Shown one piece after another: positions 1 through 9,773 of a stretch of DNA of 64,000 nucleotides. Source of the DNA: Candidatus Saccharimonadales bacterium. Its GTDB lineage: Bacteria; Patescibacteriota; Saccharimonadia; Saccharimonadales; UBA10212. The notes beneath the pieces are model-generated. The model saw only the letters and a program-made list of their open reading frames with translations. It made no database searches and was not told where the DNA came from. Where the stretch lies: contig DASTXL010000002.1 of assembly GCA_035758565.1 (NCBI GenBank), positions 211,118-275,117 on the forward strand, given 5' to 3'. How positions within the stretch are numbered: the first letter of the stretch is position 1; each line of letters opens with the position of its first letter. The position numbers and the translations under genes were made by a program.

Positions 1-429
1 ATCATAGGCAAAAAGAATGCTGCGTAGCATGCGGACAAAATTGCGGAAGAAAATCAGGAACAGAAATGCCAAACCAAAACCGTACACCGGCACTAACCGG
101 GCCGGGAAAATTTGGCGATTAACGGCGTAACCATAGCTGATAATAAACAGTAGGCCGACAAAGGATCCAACTAGCAAGCGTCCCATTTCGCGGAAACGCT
201 TCTCGTAAATGTTATTGCTATAGAGGCCCAGTAAACCAAATAGTAGAATCCAAAACGGCAACAGCGCCAGAAAAGCTCCTAAATAAGTAGTCCCGCTAAT
301 CGGGTGAGCAACCGGCACCTTGCTTAAGTGGCCGCGAATGAAAAAGGCTGCAGCAAAAGCTGCCAATACGGCCAGATAATCGCCCACCACTAGGCACAAA
401 CTGTAAATTAGCGAGGCGTTGCTTTTCAT
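1..429 (-). CDS. Sugar transferase / polyprenyl glycosylphosphotransferase (WbaP/CpsE-like), N-terminal 143 codons; continues beyond left window edge
   Basis: Own reverse-strand translation from ATG (CAT at 427-429): MKSNASLIYSLCLVVGDYLAVLAAFAAAFFIRGHLSKV...YSNNIYEKRFREMGRLLVG..., open to position 1. The multi-TM N-terminus is typical of EPS/O-antigen priming transferases. Divergent from an O-antigen-ligase-like gene. Not in the ORF track because no stop lies in the window. Confidence 0.5.
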   Translation of the reverse strand, partial: MKSNASLIYSLCLVVGDYLAVLAAFAAAFFIRGHLSKVPVAHPISGTTYLGAFLALLPFWILLFGLLGLYSNNIYEKRFREMGRLLVGSFVGLLFIISYGYAVNRQIFPARLVPVYGFGLAFLFLIFFRNFVRMLRSILFAYD

Positions 430-455
430 TTCGTTATACTAAGATTGTAACACTT

Positions 456-1805
456 ATGGATATTGATTTTAGAGTGGCTAAACTTGCCCGCTGGTTGAGT
501 TTTCTCGCGGGCCTCATCATTGTTTTGCTGCCATTTCATGAGTTTTTGGCGGTTTGGCTGGGCAGCAATATCGGCCACCTGGATTTAATCCGTATATGGA
601 AAGAAATTCTGTTGGCGGTTATGGCGGCGCCAGTAGGTTGGCTGGCTTGGCGGGCGCCAAGCTTGCGGACTTGGATCCTAAAGTCGTGGATCTTCAGATT
701 GTACGCTGTCTACATACTACTGCATCTAACAGTCGGCTGGTGGTCTTTATCAACGCACCAGGTTAACCGAGTGAGTCTTATTTACGCATTGTTGATCAAC
801 TTGCGTTTTATCGGATTTTTCTTTATTTGCCTGGTGCTGGCTGCCTACAATAGCTGGCTAAAAAATAATTGGATACGCTTGGTCGTTTGGCCATCCGGTA
901 TAGTCATTGTCTTTGCCTTGTTGCAAAGATTAGTTTTGCCTTACGATTTTTTGAAGCATTTTGGCTACGGACCGTCCACAATTCCCGCTTATCAAACGGT
1001 CGACGCCAACCTAAGCTACCAGCGCGTGCAGTCAACTCTGCGTGGGGCTAATCCGCTCGGCGCTTATTTGGCGTTAATTGTTTCGGCCGTAGTAATTAAC
1101 TTAAAGAAAAATAGAAATCTTAAAACTCTCCTGTTGTTGGCGGCACTTTTGGCAATGTTTTATACATATTCTCGTAGTGCGTGGGTGGGTTTGGTTTTGT
1201 CTTTGGCGACGCTTGCCTATTTGGCGATAAAGAAACTTGATCGGCGTCTAATTTATGCCGTTCTGGCCGTGGTCATTGTTGCTGGCGTTGGTTTATTTAT
1301 ATTTAGAAACACTCAGTCGGTACAAGATACTTTGCTGCACACTAGCGCTAGCTCACACAAACAAAGCTCTAATGCGGCGCGCAACTCGGCTATAGAGCAG
1401 GGCGTTAAGGATGTTTACCACCAGCCATTAGGTCGAGGGCCGGGAACCGCTGGGCCGGCAAGCTTTAGAAATAGCGGTCACCCGGCACGTATTGCCGAAG
1501 ATTACTATTTGCAAATCGGCCAGGAGGTCGGGCTGGAAGGGCTAGCTGTCTTTTTGGCCATAAATCTTTTGGTGGCTTGGCAATTGTGGCAAAGACGGGC
1601 CGACAATCTAGCCAAGATTTTGCTGGCCAGCTTGGTGGGAATTAGCTTTATCAACCTGGTTTCGCACGCCTGGGCGGATGATACCCTGAGTTTGCTCTGG
1701 TGGGGACTAGCTGGGATTGCTTGCGCGCCTGTTATACTAAAATCAAAGAATAAGCACTATGGCAAAAACCAACCAAAATCACCGCTTGCTCGTCCAGTTC
1801 GCTGA
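456..1805 (+). CDS. O-antigen ligase / polymerase (Wzy_C-type) family membrane protein
   Basis: 449 aa with about 10-12 hydrophobic helices. YTYSRSAWVGLVLSLA segment followed by a large hydrophilic loop (HTSASSHKQSSNAARN...GRGPGTAGPASF), as in O-antigen ligase domain proteins. Confidence 0.7.
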   Translation: MDIDFRVAKLARWLSFLAGLIIVLLPFHEFLAVWLGSNIGHLDLIRIWKEILLAVMAAPVGWLAWRAPSLRTWILKSWIFRLYAVYILLHLTVGWWSLSTHQVNRVSLIYALLINLRFIGFFFICLVLAAYNSWLKNNWIRLVVWPSGIVIVFALLQRLVLPYDFLKHFGYGPSTIPAYQTVDANLSYQRVQSTLRGANPLGAYLALIVSAVVINLKKNRNLKTLLLLAALLAMFYTYSRSAWVGLVLSLATLAYLAIKKLDRRLIYAVLAVVIVAGVGLFIFRNTQSVQDTLLHTSASSHKQSSNAARNSAIEQGVKDVYHQPLGRGPGTAGPASFRNSGHPARIAEDYYLQIGQEVGLEGLAVFLAINLLVAWQLWQRRADNLAKILLASLVGISFINLVSHAWADDTLSLLWWGLAGIACAPVILKSKNKHYGKNQPKSPLARPVR

Positions 1806-2244
1806 ATACATGGTTAGCGGCGGGGTATATTTTTGGGCTGGTTATGCTGCCTTTGCGGTTTTTTGGTCGGGCCTGCACTGGAATTTATGGTGGTCAACAA
1901 TAGTCAGCAACGTTTTTGGCTGGTCGGTTAACTTCATATTGCAGCGTTACTGGGTATTTAAAAACAAAGGGCTCGACAAACAGCAGAGCCAGGTTACCGG
2001 CCGCTACATTTTTATAACACTGGTAGATTTTGGCATGAATTATCTGATTTTAGCCGGACTAAAGCGCGTTGGCATTAGTCCCTACATTGGCCAATTCTTG
2101 AGTGCTGGCTTCTTTACGGTTTGGAATTATCTTTGGTATCGTTTCTGGGTTTTCCCGGACAAAGCAGACAAAGTTAATTTGAAACTAACGCTGGCTCGCT
2201 TTTTTGCCCACCGAGCCCACAGCCATAGTACGGCACGGAGCTAA
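1759..2244 (+). CDS. GtrA family membrane protein
   Basis: 161 aa, 4 TM. QFAEYMVSGGV, ILQRYWVFKN and WNYLWYRFWVF are GtrA-like hallmarks. Overlaps the upstream gene by 47 nt. Confidence 0.75.
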   Translation: MAKTNQNHRLLVQFAEYMVSGGVYFWAGYAAFAVFWSGLHWNLWWSTIVSNVFGWSVNFILQRYWVFKNKGLDKQQSQVTGRYIFITLVDFGMNYLILAGLKRVGISPYIGQFLSAGFFTVWNYLWYRFWVFPDKADKVNLKLTLARFFAHRAHSHSTARS

Positions 2245-2245
2245 C

Positions 2246-2716
2246 ATGGCTGAGACCATTCGTCCGACCAAAAAACAAAGAGAGCTCCTTGGTTTTATCG
2301 AAGCTTTTATTGCCGAGCATGGCTACAGTCCTAGCTACCGTGAGATTATGAGCGGTCTAAATTACACGTCTGTAGCTACGGTGAGTCTGCATATCAACAA
2401 CTTGATTCGCCGTGGCCATTTGGTTAAGCGTGATCATTCGGCTCGCTCGCTAGAGCTTGTTAAGTCGGCCGAAACTCACGCCAATGTAGTGCCCAAGCAA
2501 CTGAAAGCCAGCGAAGAAAAATGGCTAGTAGATAAAGTTGAGCTGTTTTTTAAAGAGGTCGAGAATTCGCCAAAAATCGTAGAGCGCGAACTAGACCAAC
2601 TTTATGTATTAATAGGCGCCCTAAAGGTCCTTGGCGTCGAAGGAGCGGCGCAAGCATTCATAGCCCGATTAACTGATATCAAAAAGAAACAGACCGAAAA
2701 CCAGTACGTAGCTTAA
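2246..2716 (+). CDS. LexA-type winged-helix DNA-binding domain protein without S24 peptidase domain
   Basis: TKKQRELLGFIEAFIAEHGYSPSYREIMSGLNYTSVATVSLHINNLIRRGHLVKRDHSARSLELV matches the LexA N-terminal DNA-binding domain. The remaining ~85 aa show no Ser/Lys-dyad peptidase motifs. ATG 2246 preferred over track start 2204, which overlaps gtrA. Confidence 0.65.
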   Translation: MAETIRPTKKQRELLGFIEAFIAEHGYSPSYREIMSGLNYTSVATVSLHINNLIRRGHLVKRDHSARSLELVKSAETHANVVPKQLKASEEKWLVDKVELFFKEVENSPKIVERELDQLYVLIGALKVLGVEGAAQAFIARLTDIKKKQTENQYVA

Positions 2717-2723
2717 AGGACAC

Positions 2724-3533
2724 TTAGCGTTCGTGATTGACGTTAATCTCTTGCCAATGTGTCGCCGGCTCAATGGTCTTCACGCCTAAGGCTTTGGATA
2801 GACGGCGCAAATTACCGAAGTCGTAGTCCCGAGCTAGATTATCTTCGGTACCGGCTAGCCACTGACGAATATTCTCTCGACCGACCAAAATCTCAAGCTC
2901 GAATACGGGGTTGCTCATTCCAAAAGGCAACTCAACGTGCTCATCAAAGTGGGGTCTTAAGGGTGAGTCAAGCAGCTGCCCAAGACAAAAACCATACATT
3001 GTTTCCATATAACCAAAACCATCAACTGCTATCGGCTCTGATGATACCAGGGGTTCTCCGCCGAAATCTCTGTCGCTATCTTGAATCTGCTTAGCCACCG
3101 GCAGTCTGGCGGTTTTTGCCTCGTAGTCAAACTCTATCTCATGCTTTTTGCCAAGCTGGCCCACCGTCGTAGCGGTTTTTAAAGAATAGCTAAGGTGGCC
3201 GCCAAAGCCGGAGCAGCCAGAGGATTCGATGAACCGTCTGATTAAGACAACCAAATCGTCGCTCTCTACTTCAGCAAGCTCGCTAGCTATTCGCTCATAG
3301 CGCTCTACCACTTTAGAATTAGTCTTCTCGCCGTAAAGAGCAATGATGCCGTCATGTAGCGGATTGCCGGTGCCGCCTTCGCCGGCTATAATTTGGCGCT
3401 GCATCTCGGCAATTTCAGTCCGGGACTCGGCCCTGGCTGCATCAGCAGCTTCTCTGGCTATCCTAGCCGCTTCTTCTGATTCAGCTGTTTTTTGCTTGGC
3501 CCCACCCCAAATATCTTCTAAACCTTTTCCCAT
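2724..3533 (-). CDS. Hypothetical protein (Ala/Glu-rich N-terminal helix)
   Basis: 269-aa ORF with normal composition. No motif I recognise. Confidence 0.55.
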   Translation of the reverse strand: MGKGLEDIWGGAKQKTAESEEAARIAREAADAARAESRTEIAEMQRQIIAGEGGTGNPLHDGIIALYGEKTNSKVVERYERIASELAEVESDDLVVLIRRFIESSGCSGFGGHLSYSLKTATTVGQLGKKHEIEFDYEAKTARLPVAKQIQDSDRDFGGEPLVSSEPIAVDGFGYMETMYGFCLGQLLDSPLRPHFDEHVELPFGMSNPVFELEILVGRENIRQWLAGTEDNLARDYDFGNLRRLSKALGVKTIEPATHWQEINVNHER

Positions 3534-3571
3534 AGGGCCTCCTATTTAAGGCCACTATAGACCCGCAAATT

Positions 3572-5206
3572 CTAAAATTCAACAGGAGTGTGGGCGCGGA
3601 CGTCCTGGGCTTCTTCTTTGGGTTCGACTGCGTTACTGCCGCGCAAAGGCGCTTCGCGCAAAAACAGAGCAGTGATGAATGCAGCCAGCGCAAACGGGAT
3701 ACCGATCAAGAACATATCGTGGAAAGAGCTGACAAAGGCCTGCAAAACGTCGTGCTGAACCTGCGGAGGCAGGTGGGCTAGCTGAGACGTTCCGCCCGTG
3801 GTGATATTCTGGGTCGAAATCTGGCTGGCCGACGCAGCGGGCAAGTTTTGACTTAGATGATGAGTTAGTCTGGAGATGAGAACTGTACCAAAAATCGCAC
3901 CGCCCAAACTACTGCCGATACTACGAAAGAAGGTAGTACTGGAGGTTGCCGTACCCATTTGCGATCGCTCCACCGAGTTTTGAACGGCCAGCGTGGCAAC
4001 TTGCATAAACGATCCGAGGCCAAGACCGATAACCACCATCCAGGCCGATAAAGCCAGCGCGCTGGTGGTTAGGCTAACGTGACTGAACAGCCACATGCCA
4101 AGAACCAGCATCAAAGTGCCAAAGATCGGAAACGGCTTATAGCGACCGAACTTGGTGATCAAACGGCCAGAAGTTATGGACGCTGTCAGCATTCCAATAA
4201 CTAGCGGAATGGTGTAGAGGCCGGACTTGGTTGGTGAGTAGCCGCGAACAACTTGCTGGTACTGAGGAATGTAGAGAATGGCAGCGAACATGGCCAAACC
4301 GGTAAGCAAAGATAGTATTACCGACACCGAGAAGATATCATTCTTGAACAGATGCATTGGTATTAACGGTTCTTCGGCTCGGCGTTCGTGCCAGGCGAAC
4401 AGTGCTCCAAAAACGATGGTGCTAGCCAGCAAACTGATTATTTGCGGACTGCTCCAAGCGTAAGTTACGCCTGCCCAAACAGTTACTAATATCAAGCTAA
4501 TGACCGATATGCTCATCATGGCAGCGCCAGCGTAGTCAATTTTGTGTTCGCGTCGAATGGCCGGCAAGTGTAAGCGAGAAGCGACGGCCGACAGAGCAAC
4601 TATGCCGATTGGCAAGTTGATATAGAAAATCCAGCGCCATCCGGCGACGCCAAAGATAGAGTGGGCGTCGGCAAAGAAGCCGCCAAGCAGCGGCCCAATG
4701 ACGCTCGCGACACCAAAAACGCCGCCAAAATAACCTTGGTAACGGCCACGTTGCCGGGGCGGAATAACATCGCCAATAATCGCGAGAATCAGGCTCATTA
4801 GTCCGCCGGCGCCGATGCCCTGCAAGGCTCGGAAAGCCACCAGCTGGTCCATGTTTCGGGCTAGGCCACACAGGGCCGAGCCAACCAAAAAGATAATAAT
4901 AGCCGTCTGGAAAATCTTTTTGCGGCCCAAGAGGTCGCCGATCTTACCGTAAATTGGAGTAACGATTGCGCTAGTTAGTAGATAAGAAGTGGCTACCCAA
5001 GAATATTTATTGAGGCCGTTTAAATCGGTGGCTATCTTTGGCAAGGCCGTAGAAACGATAGTCTGGTCAAGAGCAGCTAACAGCATAACTAGCATTAGCG
5101 AGGTCATGACTACCATGATCTCGGAATGGCTGCGCTCGCCGTGCAAATCCTGGGGCGCCGGCGCGGCCGTTGCCGAACTTAGTTTTTTAGTTAATTTTTT
5201 TATCAT
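3572..5206 (-). CDS. MFS transporter, DHA2 (EmrB/QacA-type, 14-TMS) drug:H+ antiporter family
   Basis: 544 aa with about 14 hydrophobic segments. [11 protein letters not shown] (MFS motif A) and [10 protein letters not shown]. Coupled to the upstream marR (ATGA overlap). Confidence 0.85.
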   Translation of the reverse strand: MIKKLTKKLSSATAAPAPQDLHGERSHSEIMVVMTSLMLVMLLAALDQTIVSTALPKIATDLNGLNKYSWVATSYLLTSAIVTPIYGKIGDLLGRKKIFQTAIIIFLVGSALCGLARNMDQLVAFRALQGIGAGGLMSLILAIIGDVIPPRQRGRYQGYFGGVFGVASVIGPLLGGFFADAHSIFGVAGWRWIFYINLPIGIVALSAVASRLHLPAIRREHKIDYAGAAMMSISVISLILVTVWAGVTYAWSSPQIISLLASTIVFGALFAWHERRAEEPLIPMHLFKNDIFSVSVILSLLTGLAMFAAILYIPQYQQVVRGYSPTKSGLYTIPLVIGMLTASITSGRLITKFGRYKPFPIFGTLMLVLGMWLFSHVSLTTSALALSAWMVVIGLGLGSFMQVATLAVQNSVERSQMGTATSSTTFFRSIGSSLGGAIFGTVLISRLTHHLSQNLPAASASQISTQNITTGGTSQLAHLPPQVQHDVLQAFVSSFHDMFLIGIPFALAAFITALFLREAPLRGSNAVEPKEEAQDVRAHTPVEF

Positions 5207-5655
5207 TCTTGCCTTTCTTTTTGGTTCTTTAGCCTTGTAGCGTTCGCCACCATTTTTTTATAAATCGCATTAAGCTTGCCGATGTCTTCATTGCTGAGCG
5301 TTCCAATCATAGCTCGCATACCGCTCACAAGATCGTCGCGAAGATTTTTAACAGATTCCTTACCCTTGATGCTCAGACTCAAGTAGACAATGCGACGATC
5401 TTTTTGATCTTGCTCGCGAGCAATGAAGCCATCGTTTTTGAGGGGATCAGCCAGTTGCGAGATGGCGCTCAAACTTACACCCAAGTAGTCGGCAGCTTGC
5501 TTAACGCTAAGTTTTTCATGAAAGAAGAGCAGGTGAAGTAGCTCTAATTGAGCTCTAGACAAAAGTAAAGAACCAGTCTTGCGCTCGGCCAAGGCCAAGT
5601 GCTTTAGACGGTGGGAATTTTCAAGTATCTCTTGAATCTGATCTTCTTTGTCCAT
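5203..5655 (-). CDS. MarR family transcriptional regulator
   Basis: 150 aa. w[53 protein letters not shown]. First gene of the marR-MFS pair. Confidence 0.85.
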   Translation of the reverse strand: MDKEDQIQEILENSHRLKHLALAERKTGSLLLSRAQLELLHLLFFHEKLSVKQAADYLGVSLSAISQLADPLKNDGFIAREQDQKDRRIVYLSLSIKGKESVKNLRDDLVSGMRAMIGTLSNEDIGKLNAIYKKMVANATRLKNQKERQE

Positions 5656-5660
5656 AAAAA

Positions 5661-5697
5661 ATAGTTTAGCTACTTAATACTTTAGCAGCTAAACTAT
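5661..5697. promoter_or_regulatory. Perfect 11-bp inverted repeat ATAGTTTAGCT-N15-AGCTAAACTAT immediately upstream of marR (candidate MarR operator or terminator of the upstream gene)
   Basis: Arms at 5661-5671 and 5687-5697. On the minus strand it is followed by a T-run and then the marR ATG. Confidence 0.4.
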
Positions 5698-5706
5698 TCG
5701 TGTCAA

Positions 5707-5937
5707 CTACTTTGTCAGGAAGTAGGCAACGACTACGACTACCACTACGACAACCAGACCAACGACTAGCAGGGTGCGGTTACTTTTACCTGCTGGTTGT
5801 TTAGGGGCTGGGCCGTCTGCTGGTGGAGTTGGACCACCGGCGGGTGCTGGTGCACCTGGAGTTGGCTCCGCTGGTGGAGTTGGTGGTGTTGGCGCCGGAG
5901 CGTCTGCTGGTGGAGTTGGAGGAGTTTGTGGTTCCAT
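5707..5937 (-). CDS. Small Pro-rich protein with C-terminal TM anchor (hypothetical)
   Basis: 76 aa. PTPPA repeats followed by LLVVGLVVVVVVVVVAYFL. Confidence 0.45.
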   Translation of the reverse strand: MEPQTPPTPPADAPAPTPPTPPAEPTPGAPAPAGGPTPPADGPAPKQPAGKSNRTLLVVGLVVVVVVVVVAYFLTK

Positions 5938-6050
5938 AATTAGCTAAGTGTCCTTTATTAATATCTTAAATTGTAACACGAGAAGACTTAAGCGTTATAG
6001 GCCTGGATGGCATTTGCTAGCGTGGCACGACAAACGTATACTTAAGCGAT

Positions 6051-6719
6051 ATGGATGCCGCCAGCAAAGACAGGAATAACAAGCGGAACTATCTGATAGG
6101 CTTTATTGTTGGACTTATAATTTTTGTGCCCAGTCTGGTGATTGCCAAGCATCATAGTCTGACCGGCTTTCAGTTGACAGTATTTCATGATGTTAATAAT
6201 TGGTCTGATTCTCTAAAGACCCCAGCCCTCTGGATAACCGAAGGCTTGGGCGCTGGTTATGCTATTGCGGCCTGTATTTTGGTATCACTCATCTTAAAAT
6301 ATTATCGATTGGCCTGGCGTTTCTTTATAACCATCGGTGGTGCTGGAGTGGTGATGGAAATTGCCAAACAAGTCACTAAAGAACCGCGCCCAGCAGCCTT
6401 ACTTCACGGCAATAACCTGCACTTAAGGGCAGTAGAAAATGGTCTTAACGGTTTTCCGTCAGGCCACGTAACAGTTACCACGGCAATGGCCTTGACGCTT
6501 TGGTTAGTACTGCCTCGCCGCTGGCGATGGTTAAGCGTAGTCTGGATTTTGATTGTTGGCGTTTCACGCCTCTACCTCGGCGTCCACACACCCAATGATA
6601 TTATTGGCGGTTTTTCTATTGGCTTGGCTGCCGTCTGCTTTTTGGAGATATTGCCACAGGAGTGGTTGCAGAAACTGCACCTCGGGTCAAGTAAACTTCT
6701 GGTTAAGAACAAATTTTAA
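6051..6719 (+). CDS. PAP2 superfamily phosphatase (membrane)
   Basis: Tripartite PAP2 motif: KEPRP ... PSGH ... SRLYLGVHTPNDI. 222 aa, multi-TM. Confidence 0.8.
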   Translation: MDAASKDRNNKRNYLIGFIVGLIIFVPSLVIAKHHSLTGFQLTVFHDVNNWSDSLKTPALWITEGLGAGYAIAACILVSLILKYYRLAWRFFITIGGAGVVMEIAKQVTKEPRPAALLHGNNLHLRAVENGLNGFPSGHVTVTTAMALTLWLVLPRRWRWLSVVWILIVGVSRLYLGVHTPNDIIGGFSIGLAAVCFLEILPQEWLQKLHLGSSKLLVKNKF

Positions 6720-6739
6720 CTCAAAGCCCAAAGAATGGG

Positions 6740-6889
6740 CTAAACCCTTCGATGGCTTGCAGTAACTAGGTGCCAAACAAGGCCGATCAAGGCAACAATT
6801 AGTAAGATATGAATGAAGGCACCTAGGTTAAGCACCAGCCAGCCGAGCAGCCATAAAACTATCAAAATAGCGATTATAGTTAGTACCAT
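6740..6889 (-). CDS. lmo0937-family small membrane protein (49 aa)
   Basis: Own translation: MVLTIIAILIVLWLLGWLVLNLGAFIHILLIVALIGLVWHLVTASHRRV. The pattern (ILxVLWLLG...G..IH.LL[IV][IV]A...RRV) is typical of this family. Below the track size cutoff. Confidence 0.55.
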   Translation of the reverse strand: MVLTIIAILIVLWLLGWLVLNLGAFIHILLIVALIGLVWHLVTASHRRV

Positions 6890-6967
6890 TTTAGCTCCTT
6901 CGTTTTAACTCATATAAGAGTAAATAAAAATGATTTAACGAGCTGTAATAAAGGTCACAGGCTGGCT

Positions 6968-7411
6968 TTAAGTGCTGGCAGGCGTCAATTTATGCTTTTC
7001 GCTTTCTAGGCGAGTAGCAATAGATGCCCAGCGATTCTTTTTGGCGTAGTCGATGGCCCGGTCTAGAGCATCAATGCACTTGTCTACCGCGCCGGCGTCA
7101 CGCCAAATGCGGGCGATGTTTATTAGTAAGCCGCCGCGGGCTTTGTTAAGTTCTTGCTCCAAAACCGGTGCAGGCGCTTGCTTTCTAGAGATATCTAGTT
7201 GTTGGGTTAGCTGCTCTTCGGCAATCTTTTTATAAGTGTTAAGTACGGCTTCGGCTTTATCCGGGCCGCTTTGTCTGGCCGTTTCTATAACCCTCTGCTC
7301 AGTTTCAATAAGCCCCGGAGCGGCATCGCTTCTGAAATTAAGAATGTCCGATAAGCCGTCGAGCTGCAAACTCGATAGGCGCTTTTTAATCGGCACTTCG
7401 AGATCGCCCAC
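6968..7411 (-). CDS. Hypothetical protein
   Basis: 147-aa ORF, last gene of a three-gene minus-strand cluster. Confidence 0.55.
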   Translation of the reverse strand: MGDLEVPIKKRLSSLQLDGLSDILNFRSDAAPGLIETEQRVIETARQSGPDKAEAVLNTYKKIAEEQLTQQLDISRKQAPAPVLEQELNKARGGLLINIARIWRDAGAVDKCIDALDRAIDYAKKNRWASIATRLESEKHKLTPAST

Positions 7412-7421
7412 TGAAACCTCC

Positions 7422-7691
7422 TTATTCTTCCGGACTACGTAAAACTTCCCAAGGCTGATCTTGTTCTTCGGTGCTCATCATCTGGATTTGCTCACTGCGG
7501 GCCGTCAGATCCTCGGCATTCGCGAAAGCTTCGTCTTGTGGAAAACTACGGTAAAATTCAATAACCCGTCGATCGGCTCCTTCGGCAGTAGCTAGATCTG
7601 CTAAAGCCGCGGCATTAACTGGATAGCTGGCAACACTGTCAATCAAGTTGTGAAGCTCATCAAGGCTGGGTAGTTCTTCCACTGCGATCAT
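7422..7691 (-). CDS. DUF2795-like small protein
   Basis: 89 aa. SYPVNAAALADLATAEGADRRVIEFYRSFPQDEAFANAEDL resembles the YPA.K..L...A...GA...V...L..LP...Y pattern. RBS AGGAGG upstream. Confidence 0.5.
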   Translation of the reverse strand: MIAVEELPSLDELHNLIDSVASYPVNAAALADLATAEGADRRVIEFYRSFPQDEAFANAEDLTARSEQIQMMSTEEQDQPWEVLRSPEE

Positions 7692-7704
7692 AAGAGCCTC
7701 CTTT

Positions 7705-7854
7705 CTAGCGAAACTGGTTATTAGAGTTGGTGCCTTTGGGTGGCGCCGGTGAAAGCTGTTGCTGGTTAGTTGGTGTGAGCCGCCTAGAGTTTAGTGATGC
7801 TCGTTTTGGTCTAGAAGAGTGCAACTTCTCATCAGCGGATTTATGCTTGCTCAT
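7705..7854 (-). CDS. Small hydrophilic protein (49 aa), hypothetical
   Basis: Own translation MSKHKSADEKLHSSRPKRASLNSRRLTPTNQQQLSPAPPKGTNSNNQFR. Very strong RBS AAAGGAGGAGG 3 nt before the ATG. Stop lies 13 nt before the next gene's start. Confidence 0.45.
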   Translation of the reverse strand: MSKHKSADEKLHSSRPKRASLNSRRLTPTNQQQLSPAPPKGTNSNNQFR

Positions 7855-7922
7855 AACCTCCTCCTTTACGCCAAATCTAAGTATGGCATCAAGGGGCTTT
7901 TACCGCTGTGGTATATGCCACA

Positions 7923-9143
7923 CTAACTCTTTTGGGGTTCTTGGATGCGAATTACGAAAAATAAACTAACTATTGTTAATAAACCGGCCACCCACCAGAA
8001 CGCAGCATAGCCGTTGGTGCTCTTAAAAATTCCACGCGTACTGATTACGGCCACGCCGGTTAGCAGCGGTCCAAGGAACGAACCTATACCGCGGCTTAGG
8101 CCAAATAAGCCGCTGGCCGCGCCATGACGGTCGCTGCCAATCAACTTCATTAGAGTGGCGTAAGGCAATATCATGGTAAAAGTGGCCGCTGCGGCAACAA
8201 CCGGTATTACCAAAATCACCCAGCTTTGTTGGGTAATACCGGCAATAAGTGACCCAAAGCCGAAAATTGCTGCCGCGATACTTAAGGATTTCACGTGGCC
8301 AAACCTTTCGCCGATCTTGCCGGAAATAGGAGCCATGATCAGAATGCCTATGGCCGCTACCGGAAAAATTACGCCCGATACAAAATGGGTGCTGCGATGC
8401 AAACCTTCGGTAAAGAAAATAACCACAAAAGCTTGAATAGATTGCAGCGTAGCATTCCAAAAAGAGTTGGCAATGGCTAGATTTCTGATATCTTTATTGT
8501 TCGCCAAAAAACTGCGAAGATATCGCATTGACTCGCCGAATGTTTCGACATGTTGATGGATGGGCCGGTCTGCCCGCTTAAGAACCATGACCAACAAAGT
8601 TAAGGTAACGGCAACCACTAGTCCTGCCGATATAACAAAAGGCAGCGGCTCCCACAGTGTTATTAAAAAGCCGCCAGCCAGCAAGGCGATAAAAGCTCCG
8701 ACAACGCGCAAAATACCTTCTATACTTCTTGATCGGCTAGCAGATTCATCGGAAACAAGGTCGGGATAAATGGCCCAGTAGGGCGCAAGGTAGGCAAAAT
8801 ATCCTACATAAAAAAGCGCGACCATAGGTACGATTATCCAAAGATTTTCAAAAACGCCCATCAAGACAAGTGACACTGCTATAGCCGCGGTGGCCGGCGT
8901 CATATATTCGAACCGGCCTCTTACGGTACGGGCCCGGTCCGATAAAAATCCAAAAACAATCGGCGCAAAAAGTCCAAAGAATCCCTCGGCGCCGATAATA
9001 AGACCGATAAATAGCGGGCTAGTTAGTTCGGTTAATTCGGTTGGTAAGAAAGCGGTCAAAATCGTTACCGCAAAGGTCAGCCCAAAGCTAGGTATCCCGA
9101 GCAACATTAAAAAGGGCGTGCTGTCACGTTCGGAATCTGTCAT
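7923..9143 (-). CDS. MFS transporter
   Basis: 406 aa, 12 hydrophobic segments, loop motif FLSDRARTVRGR. Confidence 0.8.
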   Translation of the reverse strand: MTDSERDSTPFLMLLGIPSFGLTFAVTILTAFLPTELTELTSPLFIGLIIGAEGFFGLFAPIVFGFLSDRARTVRGRFEYMTPATAAIAVSLVLMGVFENLWIIVPMVALFYVGYFAYLAPYWAIYPDLVSDESASRSRSIEGILRVVGAFIALLAGGFLITLWEPLPFVISAGLVVAVTLTLLVMVLKRADRPIHQHVETFGESMRYLRSFLANNKDIRNLAIANSFWNATLQSIQAFVVIFFTEGLHRSTHFVSGVIFPVAAIGILIMAPISGKIGERFGHVKSLSIAAAIFGFGSLIAGITQQSWVILVIPVVAAAATFTMILPYATLMKLIGSDRHGAASGLFGLSRGIGSFLGPLLTGVAVISTRGIFKSTNGYAAFWWVAGLLTIVSLFFVIRIQEPQKS

Positions 9144-9204
9144 ATTCTAAAGCCTATAATGAATCTAAGACTACCGGTTTGGCAAGTTGCGGGCCGTGAT
9201 AAAT

Positions 9205-9753
9205 CTAACGGCCGACTCGGCTGTAAATGGGGTCGAGCAGGCCATGCAATTGCTTCAGTTGGTCCTTGAACCAGTAAGAATAAGCTTCCGGATCTTTGGC
9301 TATAAGACTATCTACTTCATCCCAGCTTGCCCATTTGTAAGCTTCGACCTCGTCCGGGTTAGGTGCCGGTTCACTATCCACCGCGCCAACAAAGACCGGA
9401 CAAATCTCGTTCTCTATAATCCCATTATAAGGAGGCGTCTTGTATCTGTAGTTTTCTAGAATCGGGCGCAAGTCTTTAACATCTGGCAGACCGAGCTCGT
9501 ATTGAGCGCGCCGCCTGATGGCGGCCTTGATATCCTCGTTAGGTGCCGGGTGGCCGCATACGCTGTTGGTCCAAACTCCAGGCCAAACTTTTTTAGACAA
9601 GGCTCTTTGGGTAAGTAAAAATTGTCCCTTTTTGTTAAATAAGTAGCAAGAAAAAGCGAGGTGCAGAGGCGTATTTGCAGTATGGGCTGCTAGTTTGGGG
9701 GCTGTCCCGATCGGTTTCCCCTCGTCGTTGACTAAAACAATCTCTTCGTTCAC
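9205..9753 (-). CDS. idi: Isopentenyl-diphosphate delta-isomerase, type 1 (Nudix fold)
   Basis: LHLAFSCYLFNKKGQFLLTQRALSKKVWPGVWTNSVCGHP ... ENEICPVF. 182 aa. Confidence 0.85.
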   Translation of the reverse strand: MNEEIVLVNDEGKPIGTAPKLAAHTANTPLHLAFSCYLFNKKGQFLLTQRALSKKVWPGVWTNSVCGHPAPNEDIKAAIRRRAQYELGLPDVKDLRPILENYRYKTPPYNGIIENEICPVFVGAVDSEPAPNPDEVEAYKWASWDEVDSLIAKDPEAYSYWFKDQLKQLHGLLDPIYSRVGR

Positions 9754-9773
9754 TTAGGGTATGATAACAAATC

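Noticed and set aside
3590-8480. Nested or antisense track ORFs inside the two MFS genes (for example 4536-4871, 4989-5240, 8023-8460, 8173-8436).
   Set aside because: They lie entirely within strongly supported transporter genes, have biased Arg/Trp/Pro-rich products and lack RBS sequences.
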